Shown here: in pieces, positions 27,118-39,269 of the stretch
How the letters are laid out: each line of letters begins with the position of its first letter
How positions within the stretch are numbered: the stretch's first letter is position 1
Origin: Eledone cirrhosa
Lineage: Eukaryota
Assembly: GCA_964016885.1 (NCBI GenBank)
Contig: OZ024742.1
Span: forward strand, 33,728,001 to 33,792,000
DNA length: 64,000 bases
Direction: 5' to 3'
Made by a program: the position numbers and the translations under genes
The notes under the pieces: model-generated
What the model was told of the DNA's origin: nothing
Database searches by the model: none
The model's input: only the letters and a program-made list of their open reading frames with translations

Positions 27118-27122
<5 letters not shown>
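26955..27122 (-). mobile_element. Short fold-back remnant of the hammerhead-bearing family seen at 36465-37432
   Basis: Shares cataacgcaccagagtact..tacttagggta.tagagtggg with 36490-36545; internal inverted repeat ataggaaa.gagtcaggacccc / ggggtcctgactcttttcctat. Confidence 0.7.
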
Positions 27123-27202
<80 letters not shown>

Positions 27203-27399
27203 TTAAGGATACTATTTATGGTTATGTATATACTAAAACCTTTTATAGTTATATATATTTTAAACCCTAAATAGTGAAAGACTAATTTATTACTATCTTA
27301 TTACCAGTAAGATAAATAGCTCAATGTAACAACATCAGTTGTTTTACAGAGCAGTTATATAGAAATTACATGAATCAAAGTTCAGTTTAAATCATTTAT

Positions 27400-27448
27400 T
27401 TGCTTACAATTGTTTCTTCCAAACCGAGGTTTGGTGTCTTCGGAGCAA
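27400..27448 (-). ncRNA. Mirror copy of the C4-variant hammerhead
   Basis: Exact reverse complement of 33781-33829. Confidence 0.72.
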
Positions 27449-27619
27449 TTATTTAGTGATTTTTTACATACTTGACCTTTTCAATACAAGAGACATATAG
27501 AAACATATGTATATATTGACCCACAGTGGGTTGACATCCATTATAATAATATAGCATGGCAATTTACATACAAAGATTAGTCATATTAAAGGACAAAATT
27601 AAAGTTAAAATTAAAGGAC

Positions 27620-28055
27620 AAAAAAAAAAAAAATAAAAAAAAATAATAAAAAAAAAAATAAAAAAAATAAAAATAAAAATAAAAATAAGAATAAAAATAA
27701 AAATAAAAATAAAAATAAAAATAAAAATAAAAATAAAAATAAAAATAAAAATAAAAATAAAAATAAAAATAAAAATAAAAATAAAAATAAAAATAAAAAT
27801 AAAAATAAAAATAAAAATAAAAATAAAAATAAAAATAAAAATAAAAATAAAAATAAAAATAAAAATAAAAATAAAAATAAAAATAAAAATAAAAATAAAA
27901 ATAAAAATAAAAATAAAAATAAAAATAAAAATAAAAATAAAAATAAAAATAAAAATAAAAATAAAAATAAAAATAAAAATAAAAATAAAAATAAAAATAA
28001 AAATAAAAATAAAAATAAAAATAAAAATAAAAATAAAAATAAAAATAAAAATAAA

Positions 28056-28086
<31 letters not shown>

Positions 28087-28199
28087 TAAAAATAAAAATA
28101 AAAATAAAAATAAAAATAAAAATAAAAATAAAAATAAAAATAAAAATAAAAATAAAAATAAAAATAAAAATAAAAATAAAAATAAAAATAAAAATAAAA
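27620..28199. repeat. (AAAAAT)n expansion within the left arm of the PLE
   Basis: ~580 bp here versus ~50 bp of (ATTTTA)n at the mirror site 33577-33630. Confidence 0.95.
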
Positions 28200-30365
28200 C
28201 ATTGGCTGCTTACGAAGAAGAAGCAAGAGGAAAGTTTGGAGTAGCCAGTGTATGCAACAGTCTCACGTGAGGCATGCACGCGTGTCCTATTTATACAAGA
28301 TTATAGTGCGGTAGATTGTTACATGTAAAACAAGCAGTCAAAGCAGCCAATCAAGAGCATCATGGGGGCTGTACTGGTAAAGCATTTTTCACACACACCT
28401 GTACGATATAGAAGCCCGTGTGTAGAGAAACACCAAAAATATCAAAAATGTTACAAATGAGAAGTAAAACAGCACCACTGTCCTCGCACACACCACCACT
28501 CTCACAATCCAGGAAACGCAATTTATAGACTACATGACCATCACACAATCCACAATGATTCAACATTGGGTGCCTGGTGAACCATGTTAGAAATCACAGC
28601 TTGTCGTTCTCTGTTCGATTCTATAGAGCAGGTTGTTTTTGTTGTGAGAGTTGACATCGTATTATATTCCGGAAGTGTGTGTGTGATTAAGGGGAGTTAA
28701 CGCTGAAGGGGAGGTAACTAGCTGATTTTTATAGTTAAATTTATTATCCTAAAGTATATTAATGGTGTTTCAAATGAGTCCCTATCATATAAGGTTATAA
28801 ACAATTTCTAAATTTAAGTATCTTATCTATAAATTACAGTGTAGTCTATCAAGAAGTACTAAAGGTGTTCATATTAGGATGATTACCCTCTATCATAGAA
28901 TGCCACAACCGAACATTCCACATGAAGAGTCAGATCTCCGAATCAATGATCTTTGTAAGTGTAGTCCACCCGCAGAACCTGGCAGGGTCTTATTAGAATC
29001 ACTTCTATATATAACTCCTGGTAAGCTCTGGGTCATTGCATGTCTGATTGCATGGCAAAGTTAAATATCACTCGGGTAGTCCAGAGATCAATTCTCACCT
29101 ACAAAGACACTAATCTGACCATCAAACCATACATGTATTTATAACTCATACATCACCTGTACATAATTCATTGCACTCAGCATATAGATTATATAGCTCT
29201 TTTATGTTAATAAATTAATTACTTAATCTTCCATTTATCCAATGATGGCACTCCATACACAGGACAATGTTAGCACAACCAATTCTGTGCTTAAAGTTTA
29301 CATTAATTATATATTGGTGTAATGTAGTCCAAGTAATTGAAGGCCAATATACCAAAAGTAGAAGTACATGGGGATATCTCTAGGGTAAAAGGTACTAGGA
29401 GGATGTCACTATTTGCGTTAAAGTGGATTAATGGGTATGGAGAAGGTGTTCCGGTGATGTTTGTTGCTAGAGGTGGTGACGGGTTCAAGTCTGACATTGT
29501 TATATATTGGGTTTAAAGTTTTGGAAGGAGTGTCGGAAGCGGTGTTGGCAAGACGCGAACACTTCTGGTTTTTATTAAGGAGGTTATGGTTTGAGAAGAT
29601 GATAGTATGGGTCTCTAGTAGACAGAGGTTACAAAATGTATTAGGTGGTTTGTACGATGTCGCATTACCTATCACTTCCCATTTAAGTGTATATGGTTTA
29701 TTTTTAGTTTTTAGATAGTGTATGTAGCTAGATAGTGAAGTGGAGTTGGCTAGACTGTGTTTTTTGAAAGAGTGGAGGTTTTGAAGCAGTTAGAAGTAGA
29801 GCCTATATAGGTTTCAGAAGAGTTGCTAGTTGTGACTGTGCATGAGTATATGATATCCTTGATTAAGCATTTTTTCTATCTAAAGGGCAGGTTCTATTTG
29901 ATCTACAGTTACAATTATTCTGGGTGTTAGTCTGCCGGTTATTATGTTGTGTAGAAGTCTGGATGGTAGCTATAGGGTTATGGTTATGTGGGTTGTCGTT
30001 CCCAGCGTTATTGTTTACACTAGTGCTATTACTATTATTTCTATTGATATTAGGGTTAGTTGCTATAATGTTATTTTGAAGGTTTATCGTCTGTTGAGAT
30101 TTAGTTTGTTGGAAGTAAGAATTAATTTTTCTTTTATTGCTACTAGCTATGTGGTATGCTATGTTAGGCGTAGTAGAGTAGGAGATTTTAATAGTGTTGT
30201 TGTTTAAAAGGCTATGGTACTTGTGGCCGGATTGGAAGTTTTTATCTGGTAGTGAGAAGAAAGCCCTAGGTAGGTTGGTAGAGACGTTTAGATTGAAAGG
30301 AGGGTTGAAAAATGTATTATTTCTTCTTCTATTTTTGTTTTTTATGTCTGGTGAGTTGTTTCTTT

Positions 30366-31680
30366 TTATGGTACTATGGTAATTTCTGTGGTGTGAGTTA
30401 CTTTTGTTGGCATCCTCCTTATTAGTGTGTTGTGGTTGCTATTCCTATTACTAAATTTCCTCATGGATATGTTGTGCGAAATAATGTTGCAGCTATGTGT
30501 TTTTGTAGGTAGGAACTCGATCTCTATATTATGGCCTGATCTAGCTAATGCCTGATTATAATATTGCAAGTTTTTGCTAAATATGTTTACGTCATAGGAT
30601 AGATTAGAGATTCTATTAGATACTCCCTTAGAGATAGAGTTTAATATAGATCTAGGGTGGTTAGACTTGGTATCTACGTAAATGAGTTTTTCATTAGGTT
30701 TGTGGAAAGGTGCATATATCTTTGAGTCTAGGTAGAGGGTGGCGTCCAGGAAGTTAACGTTTTTAGTATTTTTGTCCATGGTAATACTAAGGTTATAGTT
30801 TTTGAATGTCTTGTGCAATAGTTTTCTAGTTCTTTCTATATTGAATTTTTTATAATCTATAAGTAGAAGTGCATCATCGCGGTACAAACCACCGTTGAGG
30901 TATGGAAGGTCCTTATGGATTTCGTTAAGTAAATATAGGCCGACTAAATCAATGACCTGCGCCGAGTCACTAGATCCCATGGTTATGTCGAAGTTGTTTT
31001 GCGTATCTTTGCGGGTCCATAATTGGTCTTCAAAGGTGATTACTGTTTTACGGGCCGCAAGTATGACATACATCTGGGGTCTAGTCAGGTCACTATTGTC
31101 CATGGCCATGATAAGTGCCTTATTTAATAGGATAGAGGAAATAGAGGTGTAGTATGAATTGATATCAAATTGAATAAATTTTTTTATCCTTGTTATCCTT
31201 GATATCTTTGAACCATTCAATCACTTCACCTGTATTTCCCCATTTAATCTGTGGGATGATTTTATCTAAAATTTTCTTACTGATAATGCCAATGTCAGAC
31301 TTGGAAGGGCAGATAAGTCTAACCGAGGGGTTGCTAATTAAGTCCTCCTTATGGTCCTTCAGAGAGAATCTAGGGGGGTTTGGGGTATATGGTTGTGTAT
31401 GTCTCTGGAGTCCTAGTTTGGACACTATATTATAGCCTTCCATATTAATATCTTCTAAGTTTTTCATAGTGGTTTTCTTGTAGCTTTTATGTAGTTCATT
31501 ATATATAAACTTTCTATAAGTATTATAATCTAGGCTGTATATGTTATTAGTTTTGTCCGCATGTACAATAATTTTATTACTAGTTTTGAAATCATTAATA
31601 GAGGTGCTAAGTTTGTTTAAGAAGGTGTTGTTTTTATTACGGTGCTTTTTTGTATTTAATATTCTTAACTAGTTTTATTA
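30366..31680 (-). pseudogene. Frameshifted Penelope-type reverse transcriptase
   Basis: ORFs 31165-31467 and 30366-31220 plus upstream frame with IIVHADKTNNIY. Confidence 0.85.
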
Positions 31681-31858
31681 CTAGACGATAAACCTTCAAA
31701 ATAACATTATAGCAACTAACCCTAATATCAATAGAAATAATAGTAATAGCACTAGTGTAAACAATAAGGCTGGGAACGACAACCCACATAACCATAACCA
31801 TATAGCTACCATCCAGACTTCTACACAACATAATAACCGGCAGACTAACACCCAGAAT

Positions 31859-32290
31859 AATTGTAACTGTAGATCAAATAGAACCTGCCCTTTAGATAAA
31901 AAAATGCTTAATCAAGGATATCATATACTCATGCACAGTCACAACTAGCAACTCTTCTGAAACCTATATAGGCTCTACTTCTAACTGCTTCAAAACCAGA
32001 TACAATTCGCACCTCCACTCTTTCAAAAACACAGTCTAGCCAACTCCACTTCACTATCTAGCTACATACACTATCTAAAAACTAAAAATAAACCATATAC
32101 ACTTAAATGGGAAGTGATAGGTAATGCGACATCGTACAAACCACCTAATAAATTTTGTAACCTCTGTCTACTAGAGACCCATACTATCATCTTCTAAAAC
32201 CATAACCTCCTTAATAAAAAACCAGAAGTGTTCGCGTCTTGCCAACACCGCTTCCGACACTCCTTCCAAAACTTTCAACCCAATATATAA
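31859..32290 (+). pseudogene. GIY-YIG endonuclease remnant (mirror copy at ~29500-29920, minus)
   Basis: NCNCRSNRTCPLDKKCLIKDIIYSCTV...YIGSTSNCFKTRYNSH, frameshift, then LKWEVIG...FCNLCLLE...LLNKKPE..CQH. Confidence 0.85.
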
Positions 32291-33780
32291 CAATGTCAGA
32301 CTTGAACCCGTCACCACCTCTAGCAACAAACATCACCGGAACACCTTCTCCACACCCATTAATCCACTTTAACGCAAATAGTGACATCCTCCTAGTACCT
32401 TTTACCCTAGAGATATCCCCACTTTTGGTATATTGGCCTTCAATTACTTGGAATACATTACACCAATATATAATTAATGTAAACTTTAAGCACGTAATTG
32501 GTTGTGTTAACATTATCCTGTGTATGGAGTGCCATCATTGGATAAATGGAAGATTAAGTAATTAATTTATTAACATAAAAGAGCTATATAATCTATATTC
32601 TGAGTGCAATGAATTATGTACAGGTGATGTATGAGTTATAAATACATGTATGGCTTGATGGTCAGATTAGTGTCTTTGTAGGTGAGAATTGATCTCTGGA
32701 CTACCCGAGTGATATTTAACTTTGCCATGCAATCAGACTTGCAATGACCCAGAGCTTACCAGTAATCATATATAGAAGTGATTCTAATAAGACCCTGCCA
32801 GGTTCTGCGGGTGGACTACACTTACAAAGATCATTGATTTGGAGATCTGACTCTTCATGTGGAATGTTCGGTTGTAGCACTCTATGATAGAGGGTATTCA
32901 TCCTAATATGAACACCTTTAGTACTTCTTGATAGACTACACTGTAATTTATAGATAAGATACTTAAATTTAGAAATTGTTTATAACCTTATATGATAGGG
33001 ACTCATTTGAAACACCATTAATATACTTTAGGATAATAAATTTAACTATAAAAATCAGCTAGTTACCTCCCCTTAAGCATTAACTCCCCTTAATAACACA
33101 CACACTTCCGGAATATAATACGATGTCAACTCTCACAACAAAAACAACCTGCTCTATAGAATCGAATAGAGAACGACAAGCTGTGATTTCTAACATGGTT
33201 CACCAGGCACCCAATGTTGAATCATCGTGGATTGTGTGATGGACATGTAGTCTATAAATTGCGTTTCCTGGATTGTGAGAGTGGTGGTGTGTGCGAGGAC
33301 AGTGGTGCTGTTTTACTTCTCATTTGTAATATTTTTGATATTTTTGGTTTCTCTACACACGGGCTTCTATATCGTACAGGTGTGTGTGAAAAATGCTTTA
33401 CCAGTACAGCCCCCATGATGCTCTTGATTGGCTGCTTTGACTGCTTGTTTTACATGTAACAATCTGCCGCACTATAATCTTGTATAAATAGGACACGCGT
33501 GCATGCCTCACGTGAGACTGTTGCATACACTGGCTACTCCAAACTTTCCTCTTGCTTCATCTTCGTAAGCTGCCAATGTTTTATTTTAATTTTAATTTTA
33601 ATTTTAATTTTAATTTTAACTTTAATTTTGTCATTTAATATGACTGTAATCTTTGTATGTAAATTGCCATGCTATATTATTATAATGGATGTCAACCCAC
33701 TGTGGGTCAATATATATATATGTTTCTATATGTCTCTTGTGTTGAAAAGGAGGTCAAGTATGTAAAAAATCACTAAATAA

Positions 33781-33829
33781 TTGCTCCGAAGACACCAAAC
33801 CTCGGTTTGGAAGAAACAATTGTAAGCAA
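33781..33829 (+). ncRNA. Type I hammerhead (C4 variant core) at the pLTR 3' end
   Basis: ttgct-CCGAAGA-ca ccaaac ctcg gtttgg aa-GAAACAATTGTA-agcaa; palindromic stem III; AATAAA immediately after. Confidence 0.72.
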
Positions 33830-33873
33830 ATAAATGATTTAAACTGAACTTTGATTCATGTAATTTCTATATA

Positions 33874-33947
<74 letters not shown>

Positions 33948-34899
33948 TATTTATTCCTGTCACTAATATAACCACCTCTTGAATTTAATTACTGACATTT
34001 GATTCTGAATATATAGTTAGTATATATATCTTACACGTAGAAATGGCGTTTGAATTTATTTGAAGTTTAGGCTGATCTCAGTAGATTCCGATGGTTTTAA
34101 TTGTGGAAACATCGGCGTGTAGTGACTATATGTTCGAAAGTCTTTCATGTTTGTAAATGCGTGTGTACTAATGTGTAGCAAATGTCGACGATTAGTATGT
34201 AATTTCTCAATGAATCATGTCTGTGAACGGCTTTTATTTCTCAGCTAAAACTCTTCCACTTCAATTACGCGTAAGTTTAGGCATCATATCCCAATTGTAA
34301 TTCCGTTGTTTTCATTTTCGCTGGTGATACCCTAAGAAGTTCGTTATCTTAAATAAGAAACCCTCCTCTCTATCATTCCACATCATTATCCATTCATTCA
34401 CTAATAAACGCCATTAATGATTTTTTCTGATCACAGAAGATCAAGTAATGGGACTTGATTATCAGAATAATGAGTGAAGAAATAAATGTTTATCATGAAG
34501 CTTCTGTGAATGTGTAATGTGTGAATGTATTTCATATAATATGTAAGTATATATTTATTTAAGTGTACATATGTTGTGTATTACCCTGTTTATATAAATA
34601 TTGTACCAAATAGTTAAGAAGTGCACATCTTAACCATGAGAGATTGTGTTCGTTTCCATTGAACTGTATTATATACAAACATCTTCTGGACTTTCACCAT
34701 AGTCTCAGGAGGACCTAAGCGCCGGGATGAAATTGTGAAAACGTAAACTGTGCTGAATTGAGGGTACATGTAATTAAAAGAGTCAGCCTTATTGAAAACA
34801 CAATATGGAGATGAGACTTTCTAAGGATTAAGTGCTTGTGGAATATTTAAACACTTACACTAGAATACAATGACGCTGCAGCTCTGTTGAAACTAAATA

Positions 34900-35038
34900 T
34901 GTAAACATATATTTCATAAAATTGTAGGTAACTCAAGCGCAGAAAGGGCTGTAAAACAGACCGACTGCTATGGTGATCGTAGCGAAGAATCGGATTTAAA
35001 CGAAACCCCTTAATGAACGGAAGAGCGGTCAGAAAAGA

Positions 35039-35132
<94 letters not shown>

Positions 35133-35375
35133 GAATAGAACGTATAGAATATGAGAGATGGGAGAAAGAAGAAACGTGGGAATGAAAGTGAGAAAGCGTT
35201 GACATGAAGAAGTAAGAATGGGTTAACATTGTCTCTCTTCTTTTCTGACCGCTCTTCCTTTCATTAAGGGGTTTTGTTTAACTTGTTTCTTTAGCATCAT
35301 CATAATAGCAGCTCGCAGTTTTACAGCTATTTCTCAGTTTGTGTTCCCTATAATTTTATGAAATATTTACATACA
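34900..35375. repeat. Old diverged inverted repeat around a (GA)n tract
   Basis: ~34900-35045 versus 35232-35375 (ccccttaatgaa.ggaagagcggtcagaaaagaagag and its complement). Confidence 0.7.
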
Positions 35376-36464
35376 TATCTTTACTTTCTTTATTCAATAG
35401 AAAATCTGAATTCTGACACCCAGCGAACTAACCATATTCACTGAACCAGAACAATTCTCCCATCCAATTTCTCTTGACCATTATCTTTCGCTTGTCATAA
35501 AATTCTCTAAAAAGGCTACAGAATAGATTTCCAAATAAAGGCGCGAACATTTAATGAAAACTTGTTCACGTGACAGCCATAATTTCATTTATAACCAATC
35601 AAATTACGTTTATTAAAAAAAGCCTTCGTGAGCCCCTTTTTTTTAAGTAAAAAGAAATTCAAACAATCATATATGAAAAAACAATCTGAGATAGAAAACA
35701 AAAATATATATATATATATGGTGTGAGTATCTGTCAGTGGGTGTGTGTGTGTGGGGCGCGTACGTACGCCCACATAGGACAGGGTTTGTCTATGTGTTTG
35801 TATACGGGTGTATATAAGCGTTTGTGTATACAGACGTGTCTGTCTGCGCGTGTGTGTGCGTTTGCGTGCATGTGGGACCGGATGTATGGCGTGGTTCAGG
35901 CAGGCGCTAATAGGCTTGTGGCGGTCGGCATCTGGGAGTGGGTGTGCCTGGGTTTGTGGAAGAGAGGGAGAGTGTGTGCGTGTGCATGGGGGTATGTGTG
36001 TCTACGCATGTATGCGTAAATTTGTGTATGCACGCATGTGTCTGTGCCTGCCCGTGTGTGTGTATATGTGTGGGTGTGTATGTGTGGGTACATACTCTGG
36101 AGTGTGAACAGACGTGTGGGATACCGAACCCAGCATGACTCCATTGAAGTGTGTCGGACAGAAAATGGCTGATGACCCGTGTAGCAGTAAATAGTGACCA
36201 GAACTTAAGATGACGTGGAATGGGAACAGCCAATGGCATGACAGGAGTGGAAGACGTTTTTTGAAGATGTTCTTTTGCGATAACACCCAAGTGAGAAAAT
36301 TTGCTCCGAACGAACTACCCGTGTCCAAAGGAACCTGCAACTGTAGAATCAGCCAGATCCATGCAGTGATCATGTCTCGAGCTACCTGCCGGCGAAACAA
36401 TTGTAACACGCAATAAACTGGGTTTAGATGCATCACTGATTTTTCGTTTTTTATACTTTATATA

Positions 36465-37429
36465 TATATAACAAAGGAATTGCGGTAAGGAACCAGATAG
36501 ACCATAACGCACCAGAGTACTCAATACTTAGGGTAGTAGAGTGGGAAATAGGAAAAAGTATGACACCGACGGCAGAGCTCAAGCCGTTTCGACGGCTATT
36601 TCTGGACTAAATTAGAATTTTTAGCCTGGTGAATAAATAGCCGAACTTGTCCAGAGGGTACCTCCTTATATGGGAAGATTGTAGTTGTCAAGGGGATTGG
36701 TTAAAATATATTTGTTGTAAACACAAATAAGTCTATCATGGCATTTGGTGGGAGGTAGGGGTGGCTGAACTTGCCTGTAGAACAATAGGGGAGTGAGTGG
36801 AGCGGTCAAGCGTTGAAGGTGATATGTATACAGCAGATTCTAAGGATAAGGTATGAAGTGGAGGAGGGAGGTTATAGAATAGGTAAATCGAATGAGAGTA
36901 GGAGAGAATAAAAGATAATAGAAATAAATAAAAACATATATAAAATTAGATAGTGAGAAATGAATAAAAAACAAGACAAATCACAATGCTATCTTACAAT
37001 TACAGGTTAATAAGTTGAGAATAGAAAAAAACTTGTAGAATAAGTAGTAACAAAACTGATACAAAATTATCTTTTATTGTCTCCTACTCTCATTCGATTT
37101 ACCTATTCTATAACCTCCCCCCCCCACTTCATACACTATCCTTAGAATCTGCTGTATACATATCACCTTCAACGCTTGACCGCTCCACTCACTCCCCTAT
37201 TGTTCTACAGGCAAGTTCAGCCACCCCTACACCCACCAAATGCCATGATAGACTTATTTGTGTTTACAACAAATTTTAACCAATCCTCTTGACAACTACA
37301 ATCTTCCCATATAAGGAAGTACCCCCTTGACAAGTTCGGCTATTTATTCACCAGGCTAAAAATTCTAATTTAGTCCAGAAATAGCCGTCGAAACGGCTTG
37401 AGCTCTGCCGTCGGGGTCATACCTTTTCC

Positions 37430-37432
<3 letters not shown>
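36465..37432. mobile_element. Non-coding fold-back PLE-like element with two inverted hammerheads, between (TA)n tracts
   Basis: 36548-36919 is the reverse complement of 37066-37432; a third copy lies at 62640-62800. Confidence 0.8.
37323..37416 (+). ncRNA. Type I hammerhead, U3-A8 core variant, with extended stems II and III
   Basis: cccc-TTGACAA-gtt cggctattt...aaatagccg tc-GAAACGGC ttgagctct GCCGTC-gggg; GUC site. The mirror at 36564-36658 is mutated. Confidence 0.72.
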
Positions 37433-37465
<33 letters not shown>

Positions 37466-37742
37466 AATGGAATAGAATGAAACGAAATTTCATTTCTCAC
37501 TCTTAGTACGGCACTTACTTAAATGTAAGTATGTATGTATACGTACATACATATATGTATACAGACGTACAGTAGTATGTATATATATACATACAGGCAC
37601 ACATATATATATGCACGTATCAGTTTACCGAACATTTATTATAATGCTCGGTTTGTTCGTTTGTAAACAAACAAACAGCCTGAATTACGCCGTACAGTGT
37701 TTAGGCAACCACGTCACCTTTTTGTTCAACACTGACACAGGA

Positions 37743-37785
37743 ACGATGTACTAGTTTCAAGCTTATTAGCTATCGTCAGCACCGT
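37743..37785 (-). ncRNA. Mirror copy of the canonical hammerhead
   Basis: Exact reverse complement of 38047-38089. Confidence 0.85.
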
Positions 37786-38046
37786 ATACCTTTCTGCGAG
37801 ATGGTTGAACGTCCGAAAGTATATACTTTCCTTATGAAAATTAACGGCTGAGCAGCCTAATTTGCATTTAAGTAAGTGCCGTACTAAGAGTGAGAAATGA
37901 AATTTTGTTTCATTCTATTCCATTTATCGTTTTCGGTGCGCCTGGCCGACTGAACTCACTCGATATGCAAAGTAGGCTGCTCAGCCGTTAATTTTCATAA
38001 GGAAAGTATATACTTTCGGACGTTCAACCATCTGGCAGAAAGGTAT

Positions 38047-38089
38047 ACGGTGCTGACGATAGCTAATAAGCTTGAAACTAGTACATCGT
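38047..38089 (+). ncRNA. Canonical type I minimal hammerhead
   Basis: acggtg-CTGACGA-t agct aata agct t-GAAACTAGTA-catcgt; palindromic stem III ACTAGT; GUA site. Confidence 0.85.
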
Positions 38090-38307
38090 TCCTGTGACAG
38101 TGTTGAACAAAAAGGTGACGTGGTTGCCTAAACACTGTACGGCGTAATTCGGGCTGTTTGTTTGTTTACAAACGAACAAACCGAGCATTATAATAAATGT
38201 TCGGTAAACGGATACGTGCATATATATATGTGTGCCTGTATGTATATATATACATACTACTGTACGTCTGTATACATATATATATGTACGTATACATACA
38301 TACTTAC

Positions 38308-38403
<96 letters not shown>

Positions 38404-38462
38404 GTGTTTCCATAGGAAAGGGAAAGGAAAGGAGAGTGCTCTATGTAAGCTACAGAGCTATT

Positions 38463-38560
38463 TAGTTATGTAATAAACAACATAAGACAATTATTCCATA
38501 TTCTTCGTGAAACCTTTGATAAATGGAATAATTGTCTTATGTTGTTTATTACATAACTAT
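38463..38560. repeat. ~37-bp-arm inverted repeat abutting (TA)n
   Basis: tagttatgtaataaacaacataagacaattattccat ... atggaataattgtcttatgttgtttattacataacta. Confidence 0.85.
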
Positions 38561-38580
38561 ATATATATATATATATATAT

Positions 38581-38664
38581 GAAAAGAGTCAGGACCCCGA
38601 CGGCTGAGCTCCGGCCGTTTCGACAGCTAGATCCGAACTTGTTTCCTTAGCCCACTTTCTTTGT

Positions 38665-38669
<5 letters not shown>
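38581..38669 (-). mobile_element. Fragment with the 3' half of a hammerhead (family of 26955-27122)
   Basis: Minus: gtc-GAAACGGC cggagctca GCCGTC-ggggtcctgactc; between (TA)n tracts. Confidence 0.65.
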
Positions 38670-38702
<33 letters not shown>

Positions 38703-39269
38703 ACACGATGCCACAGCACACACACACACACACATATATATACATACTCACAGACACACCATCAACTGCTCGGAGAATGCTGTATTAAGTCATTTTCCTG
38801 CGTCATTCGTATATTTTTCAAGTCGAAATTGAAATTTTTTTTTTTCTAAATTATATATGACATTAAGTCTATCATGTCGATCAGGCTTGTCATAGACAAA
38901 TTCATTTATCGCCAATTAGAGAATATATTTTCTCATTCTCTGGTTATAATAGAATAAACGGTATCGCATAATTTATTTTGCACTCGTTTTTAGGTAGATC
39001 ATACATTTTCTACTTGTGTTTATGTATTGTAAGTGTAAGACAATGGAGATGATGAGTGGCGTGTGTTTTGCTTAGGGGTATACAAGCAACTATTTCAGAA
39101 GAGCAGATGATGTTGTAATAGTAGTAGATGTGTGGGTGAGTGTGTGTTTAAGAGAGAGTGAGAGAGCACGAGAGAGAAAGAGCGAGGCAGAGAGGGCGAG
39201 AGAGAGAGAGCAAGGTAGAGGAAAGTAGAGGAAAACAGAGAAAGAAGATTGATCACCAGAGAACTTGTA

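Larger units (their letters stand above)
27355..33874 (-). mobile_element. Penelope-like element (C-terminal GIY-YIG with Cys-rich linker, Neptune/Nematis-like), 5'-truncated, with ~2.2-kb inverted duplication
   Basis: Minus-strand RT remnants ADKTNNIY, LKDHK..NPSVRLICP, FDINSYYTSI, MGS, YRDD, NFLD, HKP..SNHP. Arms 27355-30092 and 31683-33874 are reverse complements; (TA)n flanks. Confidence 0.9.
37446..38312. mobile_element. Non-coding hammerhead element as an inverted pair; the plus copy (37865-38312) is a circular permutation of the minus copy
   Basis: 37520-37867 mirrors 37965-38312; 37446-37525 mirrors 37865-37926; (TA)n on both sides. Confidence 0.82.

Noticed and set aside
27564-28279. 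FIFI/FLFL ORFs
   Set aside because: Translation of the (AAAAAT)n expansion.
29400-32300. Selenocysteine-recoding or N-terminal-endonuclease (Naiad-type) PLE
   Set aside because: The endonuclease is C-terminal to the RT, and the breaks are frameshifts or TAA/TAG, not in-frame TGA at Cys positions.
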